Source: Oceanispirochaeta sp. (GTDB lineage: Bacteria > Spirochaetota > Spirochaetia > DSM-2461). Taken from it: DNA of 64,000 nucleotides. Location: NCBI GenBank assembly GCA_963666275.2, contig CAXXOA010000002.1, forward strand, positions 1,792,001 to 1,856,000. Reading direction: 5' to 3'. Both the position numbers and the translations under genes were made by a program. This document shows positions 39,070 to 49,254 of the stretch, in pieces. The notes beneath the pieces were generated by a model. That model was not told the DNA's origin, did not search any database, and was given only the letters and a program-made list of their open reading frames with translations. The first letter of the stretch is position 1. Every line of letters begins with the position of its first letter.

Positions 39070-40174
39070 TCTGATCCTGGAAAATGTATTTAAAAGATAT
39101 GACAACAAAAAAAAGAGCAAGGTTGTCAATGACTTTGCTGTCAACAATCTGTCCCTGCACTGTAACGAAGGGGAGTTCATAGGTATCCTCGGCCCTTCAG
39201 GCTGCGGAAAAACAACTACTTTGAGAATGATCGCCGGTCTGGAGGAGATCACTGGTGGAAATATCTTCATCGGTGATACCAGGCTGAATAATCTTGAACC
39301 CAAAGACAGGCATATTGGACTGGCGTTTGAAGACTATGCTCTTTATCCGCCTCTGAATGTCTATGACAACATTGCCTTCAACCTGAGAGCCAAAAAGGTC
39401 TCGGAAGAGGCCATCAAAGAGAGAGTGACCAAAATCGCTCCACTTCTGAAGGTGGATGATCTGCTGAAGGAGAAACCGATCAGTCTGAGCGGTGGTCAGA
39501 AACAGAGGGTGAATATTGCCAGAGCCATAGTCAGAGAACCCAAACTGCTCCTTTTGGATGAACCTCTCTCCCATCTGGACGGCAAAATGCGCCAGGTTCT
39601 GCGGGATGAGATCAAAAGGCTGCACAAACAGATTAACTGTACAACCATCATTGTAACCCACGACCAGCTGGAAGCCATGTCCCTCTCGGACCGAATGGCC
39701 ATCATGAAGGACGGAGTTCTGCAGCAGTTCGGGACGCCCCTTGAGATCTATGATGATCCGGCCAATGAATTTGTCGCCGGGTTTATCGGAGAACCTCCCA
39801 TGAACCTTCTGACTGTTACTATCAAACAGACTGGAAATGATTTTCTCTTTGTATTTGCCGATGAAACCCTCCAGATTCCAGTTCCGGCCCGGTACAACAA
39901 GGTTGTCAGAGACGGAATGAAAGTCCGCCTGGGGGTCAGACCGACGGATGTACTGATCGGATCAGAAAACAGCAAAGGTTCGGATGTGGAAATATCCGTT
40001 TTTGAAGGTCTGGGAGAAGAAAGACGTCTCCACTTCAGGGTGGGAGAGGAGTTTCTGACTCTCATCACCACAGACAAAATATTCTATCGCCCCGGCGATA
40101 CCATAAAACTTGAGTTCCTTTCAGAGAAAACCCATCTGTTTGATCTGGAAACGGGAGATAAAATCCGCACTTGA
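39062..40174 (+). CDS. ABC transporter ATP-binding protein (MalK-like) 2
   Basis: GPSGCGKTT, LSGGQKQR, LLDEP. Confidence 0.93.
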   Translation: MADLILENVFKRYDNKKKSKVVNDFAVNNLSLHCNEGEFIGILGPSGCGKTTTLRMIAGLEEITGGNIFIGDTRLNNLEPKDRHIGLAFEDYALYPPLNVYDNIAFNLRAKKVSEEAIKERVTKIAPLLKVDDLLKEKPISLSGGQKQRVNIARAIVREPKLLLLDEPLSHLDGKMRQVLRDEIKRLHKQINCTTIIVTHDQLEAMSLSDRMAIMKDGVLQQFGTPLEIYDDPANEFVAGFIGEPPMNLLTVTIKQTGNDFLFVFADETLQIPVPARYNKVVRDGMKVRLGVRPTDVLIGSENSKGSDVEISVFEGLGEERRLHFRVGEEFLTLITTDKIFYRPGDTIKLEFLSEKTHLFDLETGDKIRT

Positions 40175-40205
40175 ATTAAGACTTATCCAAACTAAGGAGA
40201 CGAAA

Positions 40206-41282
40206 ATGAGTAATTTACCAAAAAAAATGAAAGCAGTTGTAGCTTATGCCCCCGAAGACTATCGGCTGGAAGAAATTGATACTCCCCGGGCAGGAGAGGG
40301 TGAAATCGTTGTAAAAGTAGAAGCCTGCGGTGTTTGTGCCGGTGATGTCAAAGCCGAACATGGCGCTTCCCGTTTCTGGGGCGGAGACGGTACTCCTCCC
40401 TATATCAAAGCTCCCATGGTTCCCGGACATGAGTTCCTGGGGGAAATCGTTGAGATGGGTGCCAATGTAAAGGGTGATTTCAAAATCGGAGACCGTGTGA
40501 TTTCCGAACAGATTGTTCCCTGCTGGGAGTGTAAATTCTGTAAGACCGGCCGTCACTGGATGTGTGAAAAACACGATGTTTACGGTTTTCAGAACAATGT
40601 AAACGGCGGTATGGCCGAATACATGAAGTTTCCCAAAGAAGCCCTTGTGTATAAGGTTCCCAAACATATCCCCATGAAGGATGCCATTCTGATTGAACCT
40701 TTCGCCTGTTCCAAACACGCGGTAGACAGAGGAAATATCGGAAATGAGGATGTGGTTGTTCTCTCCGGCGCAGGAACTCTCGGTCTGGGTATGGTGGGTG
40801 TTATCAAGCTGAAAAACCCGAAAACCCTTGTTGTCCTGGATATGAAAGACGACAGATTGGAACTGGCAAAGAAATTCGGTGCCGACGTGGTTATGAATCC
40901 CGCCAAGGATGATGTGGTTGCCAAAATTAAAGAGATGACAGACGGATATGGCTGTGATGTCTATATCGAAGCAACCGGACACCCCTCCAGCGTTCAGCAG
41001 GGTCTGGAAGCGATCCGGAAAATGGGAACCTTTGTGGAATTCAGTGTATTCGGACAGCTTACATCCGTCGACTGGAGTATTATCAGCGATACAAAAGAGC
41101 TCGATCTTTTCGGTGCCCATCTGAGTCCCTACTGTTATGAACCGGTTATTGAGTGGATTGAAAACGGCAAACTTCCCACCGAAGGTGTTGTGACTCATAC
41201 CTTCCCGCTGGAAGATTTCAAAAAGGCTTTCGATATGGCTGGAAAAGGTGATGGTTCTCTGAAAATCGTTCTTGTCCCCTGA
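40206..41282 (+). CDS. Zn-dependent polyol dehydrogenase, erythritol/L-threitol dehydrogenase-like
   Basis: CGVCAGD, PGHEF, C..C..C.......C structural Zn site, GAGTLG, DWSIISD.KELD..GAHL.PYCY. Confidence 0.82.
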   Translation: MSNLPKKMKAVVAYAPEDYRLEEIDTPRAGEGEIVVKVEACGVCAGDVKAEHGASRFWGGDGTPPYIKAPMVPGHEFLGEIVEMGANVKGDFKIGDRVISEQIVPCWECKFCKTGRHWMCEKHDVYGFQNNVNGGMAEYMKFPKEALVYKVPKHIPMKDAILIEPFACSKHAVDRGNIGNEDVVVLSGAGTLGLGMVGVIKLKNPKTLVVLDMKDDRLELAKKFGADVVMNPAKDDVVAKIKEMTDGYGCDVYIEATGHPSSVQQGLEAIRKMGTFVEFSVFGQLTSVDWSIISDTKELDLFGAHLSPYCYEPVIEWIENGKLPTEGVVTHTFPLEDFKKAFDMAGKGDGSLKIVLVP

Positions 41283-41320
41283 TCAGGGAAGAATCACAAC
41301 GTCATACGAAATATATAGGT

Positions 41321-41361
41321 ATCCCCGGATCTGATGATATCACATCAGCAGATCCGGGGAT
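41321..41361. other. Intercistronic hairpin
   Basis: ATCCCCGGATCTG...CAGATCCGGGGAT, 13-bp arms. Confidence 0.7.
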
Positions 41362-41376
41362 TACCCCGGAGGATAT

Positions 41377-41835
41377 ATGAAGATAGCAGTCGGCTGTGAT
41401 GAAGCAGCTCTGGAAATGAAAGAAGTTATAAAAAAACACCTGGCAGAAAAGGGACATACAATACAGGATTTCGGTGTGTATTCCACAGATCCTGTTCTCT
41501 ATCCCGATATAGCTGTAGCGGTTGGGTCCTCCGTGGCGAAAGGGGAGAATGAGAGGGGAATCCTCATGTGCGGAACCGGACTGGGAATGGCTATAGCGGC
41601 CAACAAAGTTCCGGGAATACGGGCAGCCACCTGCCATGATTCCTTTTCTGCCCAGAGGGCTGTGAAAAGCAATAATGCCCAGATCATGACCATGGGAGCC
41701 CGGGTCATCGGCCTGGAGCTTGCCAAGAATCTGGTGGATATCTGGATGGATTCGGAATTCCAGGGAGGCGGCTCCGCCCCCAAGGTGGACAAGATCATGG
41801 AGTGGGAAAGAGAACTCCATAAATCGGCTAAGTAA
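41377..41835 (+). CDS. rpiB: RpiB/LacA family sugar-phosphate isomerase (DerI-like by context)
   Basis: CGTGLGMAIAANKVPGIRA, SNNAQI..MGARVIG. Confidence 0.9.
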   Translation: MKIAVGCDEAALEMKEVIKKHLAEKGHTIQDFGVYSTDPVLYPDIAVAVGSSVAKGENERGILMCGTGLGMAIAANKVPGIRAATCHDSFSAQRAVKSNNAQIMTMGARVIGLELAKNLVDIWMDSEFQGGGSAPKVDKIMEWERELHKSAK

Positions 41836-41854
41836 AAAAGAAGGAGTACTGACA

Positions 41855-42856
41855 ATGCAGAGAATTATCAATGACCCCAATCTTGTTGTTGAAGACATGT
41901 TAAAAGGCTTTCTCAAAACCCATAAGGATATTGTCTCCCCTACGGAGCACGAAAGGGTTGTTAAATATAAAGAAGCCCCCGTAGACGGTAAAGTAGGTGT
42001 CGTAACGGGGGGAGGCTCCGGTCATAAACCGGCCTTTGTCGGGTATGTGGGAAAGAACATGGTTGATGCAGTTGCGGTTGGAGAGGTTTTTGCCTCTCCC
42101 ACTGCTAAAGCTTTCTTTCAGGCTATGAAAGAGGCTGATTCCGGTCAGGGTGTTGCCTGTCTCTACGGCAACTATGCCGGAGACAACATGAACGTCAAAA
42201 TGGCTATGAGGATGGCCGAAAAAGCCGGAATCAAGGTGAAGACCGTTGTAGCCAATGACGACGCCGCTTCAGCTCCCAAAACAGAACTGGAAAAGAGGCG
42301 CGGTGTGGCCGGTGAGATCCTTATGTGGAAAGCCGGCGGGGCCAAAGCGGCTCTGGGCGGAAGTCTGGATGAAGTCATTGCGGCGGCGCAGAAAGCGATC
42401 GATAATACCAGGAGTGTGGGAATCGGTCTTACATCCTGTACCATCCCCGCGGTAGGGCATCCCAATTTCTCTATTGAAGAGGGAACCATGGAAGTGGGGA
42501 TCGGACATCATGGTGAACCGGGCATTAAAGTGGAAAAATTGAAATCCGCTGATGAAATGGCTCAGGAAATGGTGGATGTGATTGTTCCGGATCTTCCTTT
42601 TGAAAAGGGAAATGAGGTGGTCCTGCTCCTCTCCGGTCTGGGTGCCACTCCGGTAATGGAACTGTATATCCTTTACAACAAGGTGGAAGAACTCCTGGCT
42701 GAAAAGGGAATTACTGTCTACAGGTCCTATGTGGGGAATCTATTTACCTCCCTTGAAATGATGGGCGCCACACTGACAGTGATGAAGCTGGATGATGAGC
42801 TGAAACCCCTGATGGATATGGAAATCAATACGATGGGATTGAAACAGTTCTCATAA
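41855..42856 (+). CDS. dhaK: Dihydroxyacetone-kinase-family subunit K
   Basis: GGGSGHKPAF.G, NYAGD.MN, RRGVAG, GIGHHGEPG. Confidence 0.92.
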   Translation: MQRIINDPNLVVEDMLKGFLKTHKDIVSPTEHERVVKYKEAPVDGKVGVVTGGGSGHKPAFVGYVGKNMVDAVAVGEVFASPTAKAFFQAMKEADSGQGVACLYGNYAGDNMNVKMAMRMAEKAGIKVKTVVANDDAASAPKTELEKRRGVAGEILMWKAGGAKAALGGSLDEVIAAAQKAIDNTRSVGIGLTSCTIPAVGHPNFSIEEGTMEVGIGHHGEPGIKVEKLKSADEMAQEMVDVIVPDLPFEKGNEVVLLLSGLGATPVMELYILYNKVEELLAEKGITVYRSYVGNLFTSLEMMGATLTVMKLDDELKPLMDMEINTMGLKQFS

Positions 42857-42875
42857 AAAATAGGAGTAATAAAAA

Positions 42876-43520
42876 ATGGGCGATACATTTAAAAACAGCA
42901 GCGCTCAGGTTGTGGTTGACAATCTGGTGGTCTGTATAAAGAAAAATGTGGATTATTTGAGTGAAGTGGACGGTAAGATCGCCGATGGGGACCACGGGAT
43001 CAATATGCAGAAGGGGTTTACCATTACCGGTCAGAGGATCGAAGGGAAATCTCTGAGCTACACAGACGCTCTGAATGTTCTGGGTGATGTTCTGATTTCT
43101 GAAATCGGCGGTTCCATGGGACCGATCTACGGAAGTTATTTTATTGAACTGGGAGACGGATGCCAGGGAGTGGAGGATATTGATAAAGCCACCTTTCTGA
43201 AATCCTACGAGACGGCTCTGGAAGTGGTCCTTTCCCTGGGAACAGCCCAGCTGGGAGATAAAACCATGCTGGATGCGATGATTCCGGGAATCAATGCCCT
43301 GAAAGCGGCGGTAGAGGCGGATAAGCCTTTTGCGGTCTGCCTGGATGAGATGACCGCGGCGGCGAAGACCGGTATGGAAGCTACAAAAGACATGATTGCC
43401 AAGGTCGGAAGATCCGCCCGTCTGGGTGAACGTTCCCGGGGTGTTCTGGATGCCGGAGCTGTTTCCTGTTTTCTGATTATCGAAAGCATGGCAAAGACTA
43501 TTAAAGGTTTGCTTGCCTAG
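42876..43520 (+). CDS. dhaL: Dihydroxyacetone-kinase-family subunit L
   Basis: DGDHG.NM, GGSMG, GDKTMLDA, GRSARLGERS.G..DAGA. Confidence 0.92.
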   Translation: MGDTFKNSSAQVVVDNLVVCIKKNVDYLSEVDGKIADGDHGINMQKGFTITGQRIEGKSLSYTDALNVLGDVLISEIGGSMGPIYGSYFIELGDGCQGVEDIDKATFLKSYETALEVVLSLGTAQLGDKTMLDAMIPGINALKAAVEADKPFAVCLDEMTAAAKTGMEATKDMIAKVGRSARLGERSRGVLDAGAVSCFLIIESMAKTIKGLLA

Positions 43521-43633
43521 TATTTATTTTATAGGGGAGGTTCCAGATTTTAATTGTGAAATCGGGAATCTCCTGTTACAATTTTACCGGGTTTAATATG
43601 GAAACATGTATTGATACAGAGGTAAAAATAAAA

Positions 43634-45232
43634 GTGATCAAGATACTCATCGTTGATGATGAGCTTCTCGTACGAGTGGGGCTGAAGTCCACCCTGAACT
43701 GGGAGGAGCATGGCTTCCGGCTTGTGGGGGAGGCGAAAAATGCCAAAGAAGCAATTGAGATTTTTGATAAGCACAATCCTGAAATCCTGCTGACAGATAT
43801 CTCCATGCCGGGCCTGAACGGGCTGGAACTCATCAACCTTCTGAGGGAGAAAAATCCCAATCTTCAATCCATTATTCTTACCCATTACGAAGACTTCCAT
43901 TATGCCAGAGAAGCCGTGAGCCTGGGAGTCCGGGATTATATCGTTAAATCCAATCTGACTCCAGAACGATTACTGAAAGTTCTGACAGAGGCGGAAGCAC
44001 AGATCCGTAAACTTCCTGAAAATCGAGAGCCCTATTATGGGGACAGCACTGTCGTGAGAAGGGATAATCCGGAAAAAGCCCTCTCTTCGCTTTTATTCCG
44101 GGAAGGAAGAGAGCAGGGGGCGATTGAAGCTTTAACTGACAGCTTAAAACATGACCTTCCCATGGACAGCTATCAGATGGCCCTTGTTTCCCTGAATCTC
44201 AATCTGAATGAGAATTTCCAGCTCAATACCAGGCAGCGGGAAATGATAGAAGACGTGGCATCCCAGGTCCTAATGGAGTGTCCCCACCCGGCGATTCATA
44301 CAGTATATAGAAACGAAATCGTTTTTCTTTTCAATTTCGACTCCCTGGTCAACTCTTCGGGGCTGGATGATAAGATCACCAAGTACATGAATCAGATCAA
44401 GCTGAATCTGAAAAAGTATCTGAACTACTACCTGATGATCGGAATCAGCCGTTTAAGCCGGAATATCTATGATTGTCATGAACTGTATATAGAAGCCCGA
44501 ACAGCCTGCAAACAGGCATTTTTCAAAGCCAATCACATTTCGGTTTTCTGGAAAGAATCCGGAAAATTCTCCGATTCCATGCATCTGCCTGAAAAGAATG
44601 TCCTGTTTCCACTGATCAAAAGCAATAGAAAACAGGAGCTGATGCAGTATATAGGGGATTTTATCCACCAGGCTTCGGAACTGGAAGATTTTGATTATCT
44701 GAAGAAAGTTTTTGACACCTTCCTGGATCAGGCCTCTCTCTTTCTGGAAGAGATACACAGCCATTCGGAAGAGGATATCCTGGCAACACGTCTGAACAAA
44801 AATGACTTTTACAGTCTGTTTGATATCGAAGCGGTGAGAATGCATATTGTGAATCTTTACAATACAATTCTTGATTCTTCCCTGGAGAATATTCCCGTTC
44901 AGAACTCCTATATTGTCAGAAAATCCATTGATTATATCGACTCCCATTTCAATGAGAATATCTCTTTGAATAATCTGGCAAAAAATGCGGATGTCAGCAG
45001 GAGTTATCTGAGTTTTCTTTTCAAGCAGGAGCTGGGCCTCAATTTCAGTCATTATCTGACCCAGACAAGGATCAGGAACGCCAAAGATATGCTCATCCAT
45101 TCCAATATGAAGATATATGAAATTGCCGATAAAGTCGGTTTTGACAGCCCCTATTATTTCAGTAAGGTATTCAAGGAAACCACCGGAGAGACATGTAAAG
45201 AATTCAGGAACAGGCACTACGGTGACCTCTGA
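43634..45232 (+). CDS. YesN-type response regulator (receiver + AraC HTH)
   Basis: IVDDE, TDISMPGLNG, C-terminal YFSKVFK; GTG start after GAGGT. Confidence 0.92.
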   Translation: MIKILIVDDELLVRVGLKSTLNWEEHGFRLVGEAKNAKEAIEIFDKHNPEILLTDISMPGLNGLELINLLREKNPNLQSIILTHYEDFHYAREAVSLGVRDYIVKSNLTPERLLKVLTEAEAQIRKLPENREPYYGDSTVVRRDNPEKALSSLLFREGREQGAIEALTDSLKHDLPMDSYQMALVSLNLNLNENFQLNTRQREMIEDVASQVLMECPHPAIHTVYRNEIVFLFNFDSLVNSSGLDDKITKYMNQIKLNLKKYLNYYLMIGISRLSRNIYDCHELYIEARTACKQAFFKANHISVFWKESGKFSDSMHLPEKNVLFPLIKSNRKQELMQYIGDFIHQASELEDFDYLKKVFDTFLDQASLFLEEIHSHSEEDILATRLNKNDFYSLFDIEAVRMHIVNLYNTILDSSLENIPVQNSYIVRKSIDYIDSHFNENISLNNLAKNADVSRSYLSFLFKQELGLNFSHYLTQTRIRNAKDMLIHSNMKIYEIADKVGFDSPYYFSKVFKETTGETCKEFRNRHYGDL

Positions 45233-45233
45233 A

Positions 45234-47063
45234 ATGCCCGAAGCCGGCAGGTTTCTCTTCCTCTCCCGTAAAAAAAGTCTTCAGAAAAGAATCTTGATGT
45301 ACTTTCTCCTTTTCACTCTGCTTTTTGCCTGTACGTCCTTTATTCTGGTTTCCCAGATTTTTTTCAAAAACTATGTAGAAAATCTCACGGAAAATGCGGT
45401 CAACAGTTCCAACAAAACCAAACAGAGTATCGAATTCCTTTTGAACATGACTGATAATACAGCCTCTCTGATGGCAACCAATCAACCCCTGCTGGATGCT
45501 TTGAGAACCATTGATGATATGGATGATTACAGTTACGAAGGCAGTAAGGAGACCATCGATGCCATGCTTACAAGTATCATCAGTGTCCACGAATTTATTG
45601 ACAACATCTATGTTCTGGGCAGCGATGGCGAGTTCTATTCAAGCTACTGGGATGCGGATCAGAGGGCTATAGAAGCCAGGTTTGCCGAGTTCATTCGGAA
45701 TCAGAAAAAAAGGCAGGAGTACATCAACGGAGAACCTCTTGTGAGTTATCTCCCGTTTTTTGATCTGAATGTCATCTCCTATGTGAGGCCTATTTTCCAG
45801 TATCCCGAAGATCTGGGGCTGGGCACACTTATCATCGAGATGAACTATACCTATCTGAGAGAAATGTTTACTTTTACCTCCCTGGAGTATGATGAGGAGA
45901 AGATCCTTGTTATTAACAAAAAGGGCGATACAATATTTACCTTTCCTTTCAATACCTCTCTTGAGTATATCGTGCAGGAGTATCCTGTTCTGCTTCATGA
46001 GAATACGGTTGTAAACGGGAAAGTCTTCGGAGATGAAAGCATCATCCTTTCAGATGATATAGCCTACAGCGACTGGAGAATTATACAGATTTATTCCAAA
46101 GAGAGGGTTTATCAGTCTGTTATTTATCTTACAAGACTGGGAATGGTTTTCTGGATCCTCTTTATACTGATCTCTATTGTCATTTCCTACAGGATCTCCG
46201 TTTCCATTACGACTCCCATTATTCAATTGAACAATACCATTCAGAAGGTTGAGAACGGTAATCTGAAGGTGCGGGCCGAAGGAGAAGGGGAAGATGAGAT
46301 CGGTCAGCTGGCCAGCTCTTTCAATCATATGATCCAGAGGCTTTCCGATCTGATGGAGAGAACTCTGGATGAGCAGAAGAAGAAATCCGATCTGGAATTT
46401 CAGATCCTGCAGAGCCAGATTAATCCCCATTTTCTCTACAATACCCTGGATTCCATTAAATGGCTCGCCGTCTTCCAGAATGTGGAGAATATCAGTGATA
46501 TGACTACATCTCTGATCAATCTTCTGAAGTACAATATTTCCAAAAAAACCAAACTGGTCACCCTGAAGGATGAAGTAAACAGCATAAAGGATTATCTCGA
46601 AATACAGAAATTCCGCTTCGGCGATGCTTTTACCACAGTTTACGATATAGATCCGAAAACAGAAGAGGCCTCTATCCTGAAATTTATTCTTCAGCCTCTT
46701 GTGGAGAATGCCATTTTTCACGGCTTTGACAATATTGAGTACGAAGGGGTCATTACTATCCGCTCCTTTATATCGGGAAAAAAACTGATCCTTCAAATTG
46801 AAGATAACGGCAATGGACTGACTGACAATCAGAACTATCTGGAGCAGAAAAGCAGTTATGACCATAAAAAAATGCATAACAGCATAGGCATCAGGAATGT
46901 GGTGGACCGGATCAGTCTCTATTTCGGTGAAGAGGGACATTTCAGCCTTAAAAATGCCGAGAATCAGGGCGTGGTTGTGACCATAACCCTGCCCCTGCTG
47001 GACTCCTTTGCCCAGCTGCCGGAAGAGGTCAATGAAATCATGGCCAGCATGGACAAGTCCTGA
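45234..47063 (+). CDS. YesM/LytS-type sensor histidine kinase (Cache, HAMP, His_kinase)
   Basis: LQSQINPHFLYNTL, LQPLVENAIFHG, IEDNG.G. Confidence 0.93.
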   Translation: MPEAGRFLFLSRKKSLQKRILMYFLLFTLLFACTSFILVSQIFFKNYVENLTENAVNSSNKTKQSIEFLLNMTDNTASLMATNQPLLDALRTIDDMDDYSYEGSKETIDAMLTSIISVHEFIDNIYVLGSDGEFYSSYWDADQRAIEARFAEFIRNQKKRQEYINGEPLVSYLPFFDLNVISYVRPIFQYPEDLGLGTLIIEMNYTYLREMFTFTSLEYDEEKILVINKKGDTIFTFPFNTSLEYIVQEYPVLLHENTVVNGKVFGDESIILSDDIAYSDWRIIQIYSKERVYQSVIYLTRLGMVFWILFILISIVISYRISVSITTPIIQLNNTIQKVENGNLKVRAEGEGEDEIGQLASSFNHMIQRLSDLMERTLDEQKKKSDLEFQILQSQINPHFLYNTLDSIKWLAVFQNVENISDMTTSLINLLKYNISKKTKLVTLKDEVNSIKDYLEIQKFRFGDAFTTVYDIDPKTEEASILKFILQPLVENAIFHGFDNIEYEGVITIRSFISGKKLILQIEDNGNGLTDNQNYLEQKSSYDHKKMHNSIGIRNVVDRISLYFGEEGHFSLKNAENQGVVVTITLPLLDSFAQLPEEVNEIMASMDKS

Positions 47064-47187
47064 AATATTCTTTCCTGCTCTCCTGGCATGAAATCTCTGG
47101 ATTTGCATAACATCCTAGAAAAATCCGGTATTTTTTGTATTCCTTTATAAATATGATATAATTTATATTATATTCAGGAGGTTCAGC

Positions 47188-47909
47188 ATGAAGAGAGTGG
47201 GAATACTTTTAGCAGTGTCTCTACTGTTTTTTTCGGTTGTAATCTCAATTCCAATTCATCAGAATCAGATGAGACAACACTGATTTTCCAATCCAGCAAT
47301 ACGGCTTTGTCCGGATCTGATAGAACTGTCACCATGGGAACAGGAATAGAGATTACAAAGTTTGTATTATCCATAAGAGAAGTGGAATTCAAAGTGGATG
47401 AGACTGATACAACTCTTTCGGAAGTCTTTTTTGACGGGCCCTATGTTATTGATCTGATTGATTCCACAGGTGCTTTGTCCCAGTCCATCGGGTCGGCTGA
47501 AGTGCCACCAGGAACATATCAGACCATCAGATTCAAGCTGCATAAATCAACAGATACGACAGATCCCGACATCACCGACCGTTCCATCTATCTGGCTGGA
47601 ACCATTGATTCGGTTCCCTTTGAAATGTGGCATGATGCCAGTGAAAATCTCGATGTGGCTGAGAGTACCGGGGTCGTTGTAGGGGATGGGGAGATCGATG
47701 TGGTTATCGATTTCAACATCAGAGCGTTTCTGGATCAATCGGCCAATGCGGCAGAAGGCGGCGTTGTCATTGACCTGAGCACCGCAACAGACGATGATTC
47801 TGACGGCACAATTGAAATCAATCCCAATTCGGATGATGGCAATGTGAATCAGGATCTTGCAGACAGTTTAAAAGACAATATAAAACTAGTTGCAGATCTT
47901 ATCGAGTAG
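47188..47909 (+). pseudogene. Acidic lipoprotein (DUF4382-like) interrupted by a 1-nt frameshift in a T7 tract (47227-47233); may be phase-variable or a sequencing error
   Basis: AGGAGG RBS + MKRVGILLAVSLLFF in one frame; lipobox continuation FGCNLNS... is in the frame of the 47307-47909 ORF. Confidence 0.75.
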
Positions 47910-48027
47910 TTCTCCCAATTCAGAAGGGGTCCTTTTTCCCTCCTGATCCTGTCTCTATGAAATTATAAAAAGAAATCCCGTATAAACAGGGCCTCAGTCA
48001 GGCTGTATCATCGGGATAATTAAAAAA

Positions 48028-48072
48028 TTGACAGATTAAATTTCCCGTAATATAATGCGTTATCGTTAACGC
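48028..48072 (+). promoter_or_regulatory. Consensus sigma70 promoter TTGACA-17-TATAAT followed by operator GCGTTATCGTTAACGC
   Basis: -35 at 48028-48033, -10 at 48051-48056, near-palindrome at 48057-48072. Confidence 0.88.
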
Positions 48073-48089
48073 TAAGTATTTGAGGTTCT

Positions 48090-49145
48090 ATGGCTACCAT
48101 AAAAGATGTTGCCGATGCCGCCGGTGTTTCCATCGGAACGGTCGATCGGATCCTTCATAACAGAGGCCGCTTTTCAAGTAAAACCGCTCAGAAAGTCCGA
48201 AAGGTCATGGAAGAGCTGAACTATACGCCCAATATCCATGCCAGGGGGCTCAAAAAGACGAAAAGTCATATATTTGCCGCAGTTATCCCCCAGAGTCATC
48301 AGGACGGCGGATACTGGTCCCTGGTGGAAGAGGGGATTCAGAGAGCCGACAGATCCCTGGGATCCTACGGTAGTGAGGTCAGAATATTCCCCTTTGACCG
48401 CTACTCCTCCGTCTCCTGCAGGAATGCTCTTACAGCGGCTATTGAATCGGGTGCGGAAGCTCTTCTCACAGCACCGGTCCGGCCGGATGATTTTGAAGAG
48501 ATCCTGTCTACTGTCAAAATACCCTATATTTTTATAGATACGGATATTCCCTCGATGAAGGGCCGGGCCGCCTATATCGGGCAGGACTCCTACCGGAGCG
48601 GATACCTTTCGGCCAAACTGATGTTTCTGCTTATGAAAAGCCGTGATGCGGATCTCTCCCGATCCCGAGTGATGATTGTGGATCCTCCGGGTTCCAACAA
48701 TCATCTTGACAGCAGGATCGAAGGGTTCTCCCGTTACATGGCAGAGAGCGGTGAATCTCCGGCTCTGCAGATCATTAAAGAGGAAGTTGACGATGAGGAG
48801 AGTATACACAACTATCTGAAAGAGATCCTGTCCGATCCTTCAGATCTTCCCCGGGGAATCTTTGTCGCCAATTCTTCCGTTTACTACATCGCCTCCTTTC
48901 TGAAAGAAAAAGGAGGGGTTTTCGAGAAGATTCCTCTGATCGGCTATGATTTCATCCCCCATAAAGAGTCTCTCATCGAAGAGGGAATCATCGATTTTAT
49001 ACTGACCCAGCAGCCTGATCAGCAGGGGTTTCAGGGAATCATGATGCTCTATGACTATCTTATACTCAAAAAGGATATTTCTAGGGAGGTCATTACTCCT
49101 CTCAATATTATCACCAGGGAAAATCTCCGTACTTTCGGGGAATAA
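48090..49145 (+). CDS. LacI-family repressor (probable arabinose regulon regulator)
   Basis: TIKDVADAAGVSIGTVDR.L, YTPN..ARGL, periplasmic-binding-fold C-terminus. Confidence 0.92.
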   Translation: MATIKDVADAAGVSIGTVDRILHNRGRFSSKTAQKVRKVMEELNYTPNIHARGLKKTKSHIFAAVIPQSHQDGGYWSLVEEGIQRADRSLGSYGSEVRIFPFDRYSSVSCRNALTAAIESGAEALLTAPVRPDDFEEILSTVKIPYIFIDTDIPSMKGRAAYIGQDSYRSGYLSAKLMFLLMKSRDADLSRSRVMIVDPPGSNNHLDSRIEGFSRYMAESGESPALQIIKEEVDDEESIHNYLKEILSDPSDLPRGIFVANSSVYYIASFLKEKGGVFEKIPLIGYDFIPHKESLIEEGIIDFILTQQPDQQGFQGIMMLYDYLILKKDISREVITPLNIITRENLRTFGE

Positions 49146-49254
49146 AGCAGAAGGGAACACTTGTGTTGTCCTGACAGTGTTATGCGAAATAAAAAGATTT
49201 CCCGTCTTTAACAGTGGGGATTCTGACATCCCGAAAAGGGAAAAGGAGCGGAAA

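Noticed and set aside
37948..39303. 451-aa minus-strand ORF
   Set aside because: Antisense shadow of the two ABC ATPases, a common artefact.
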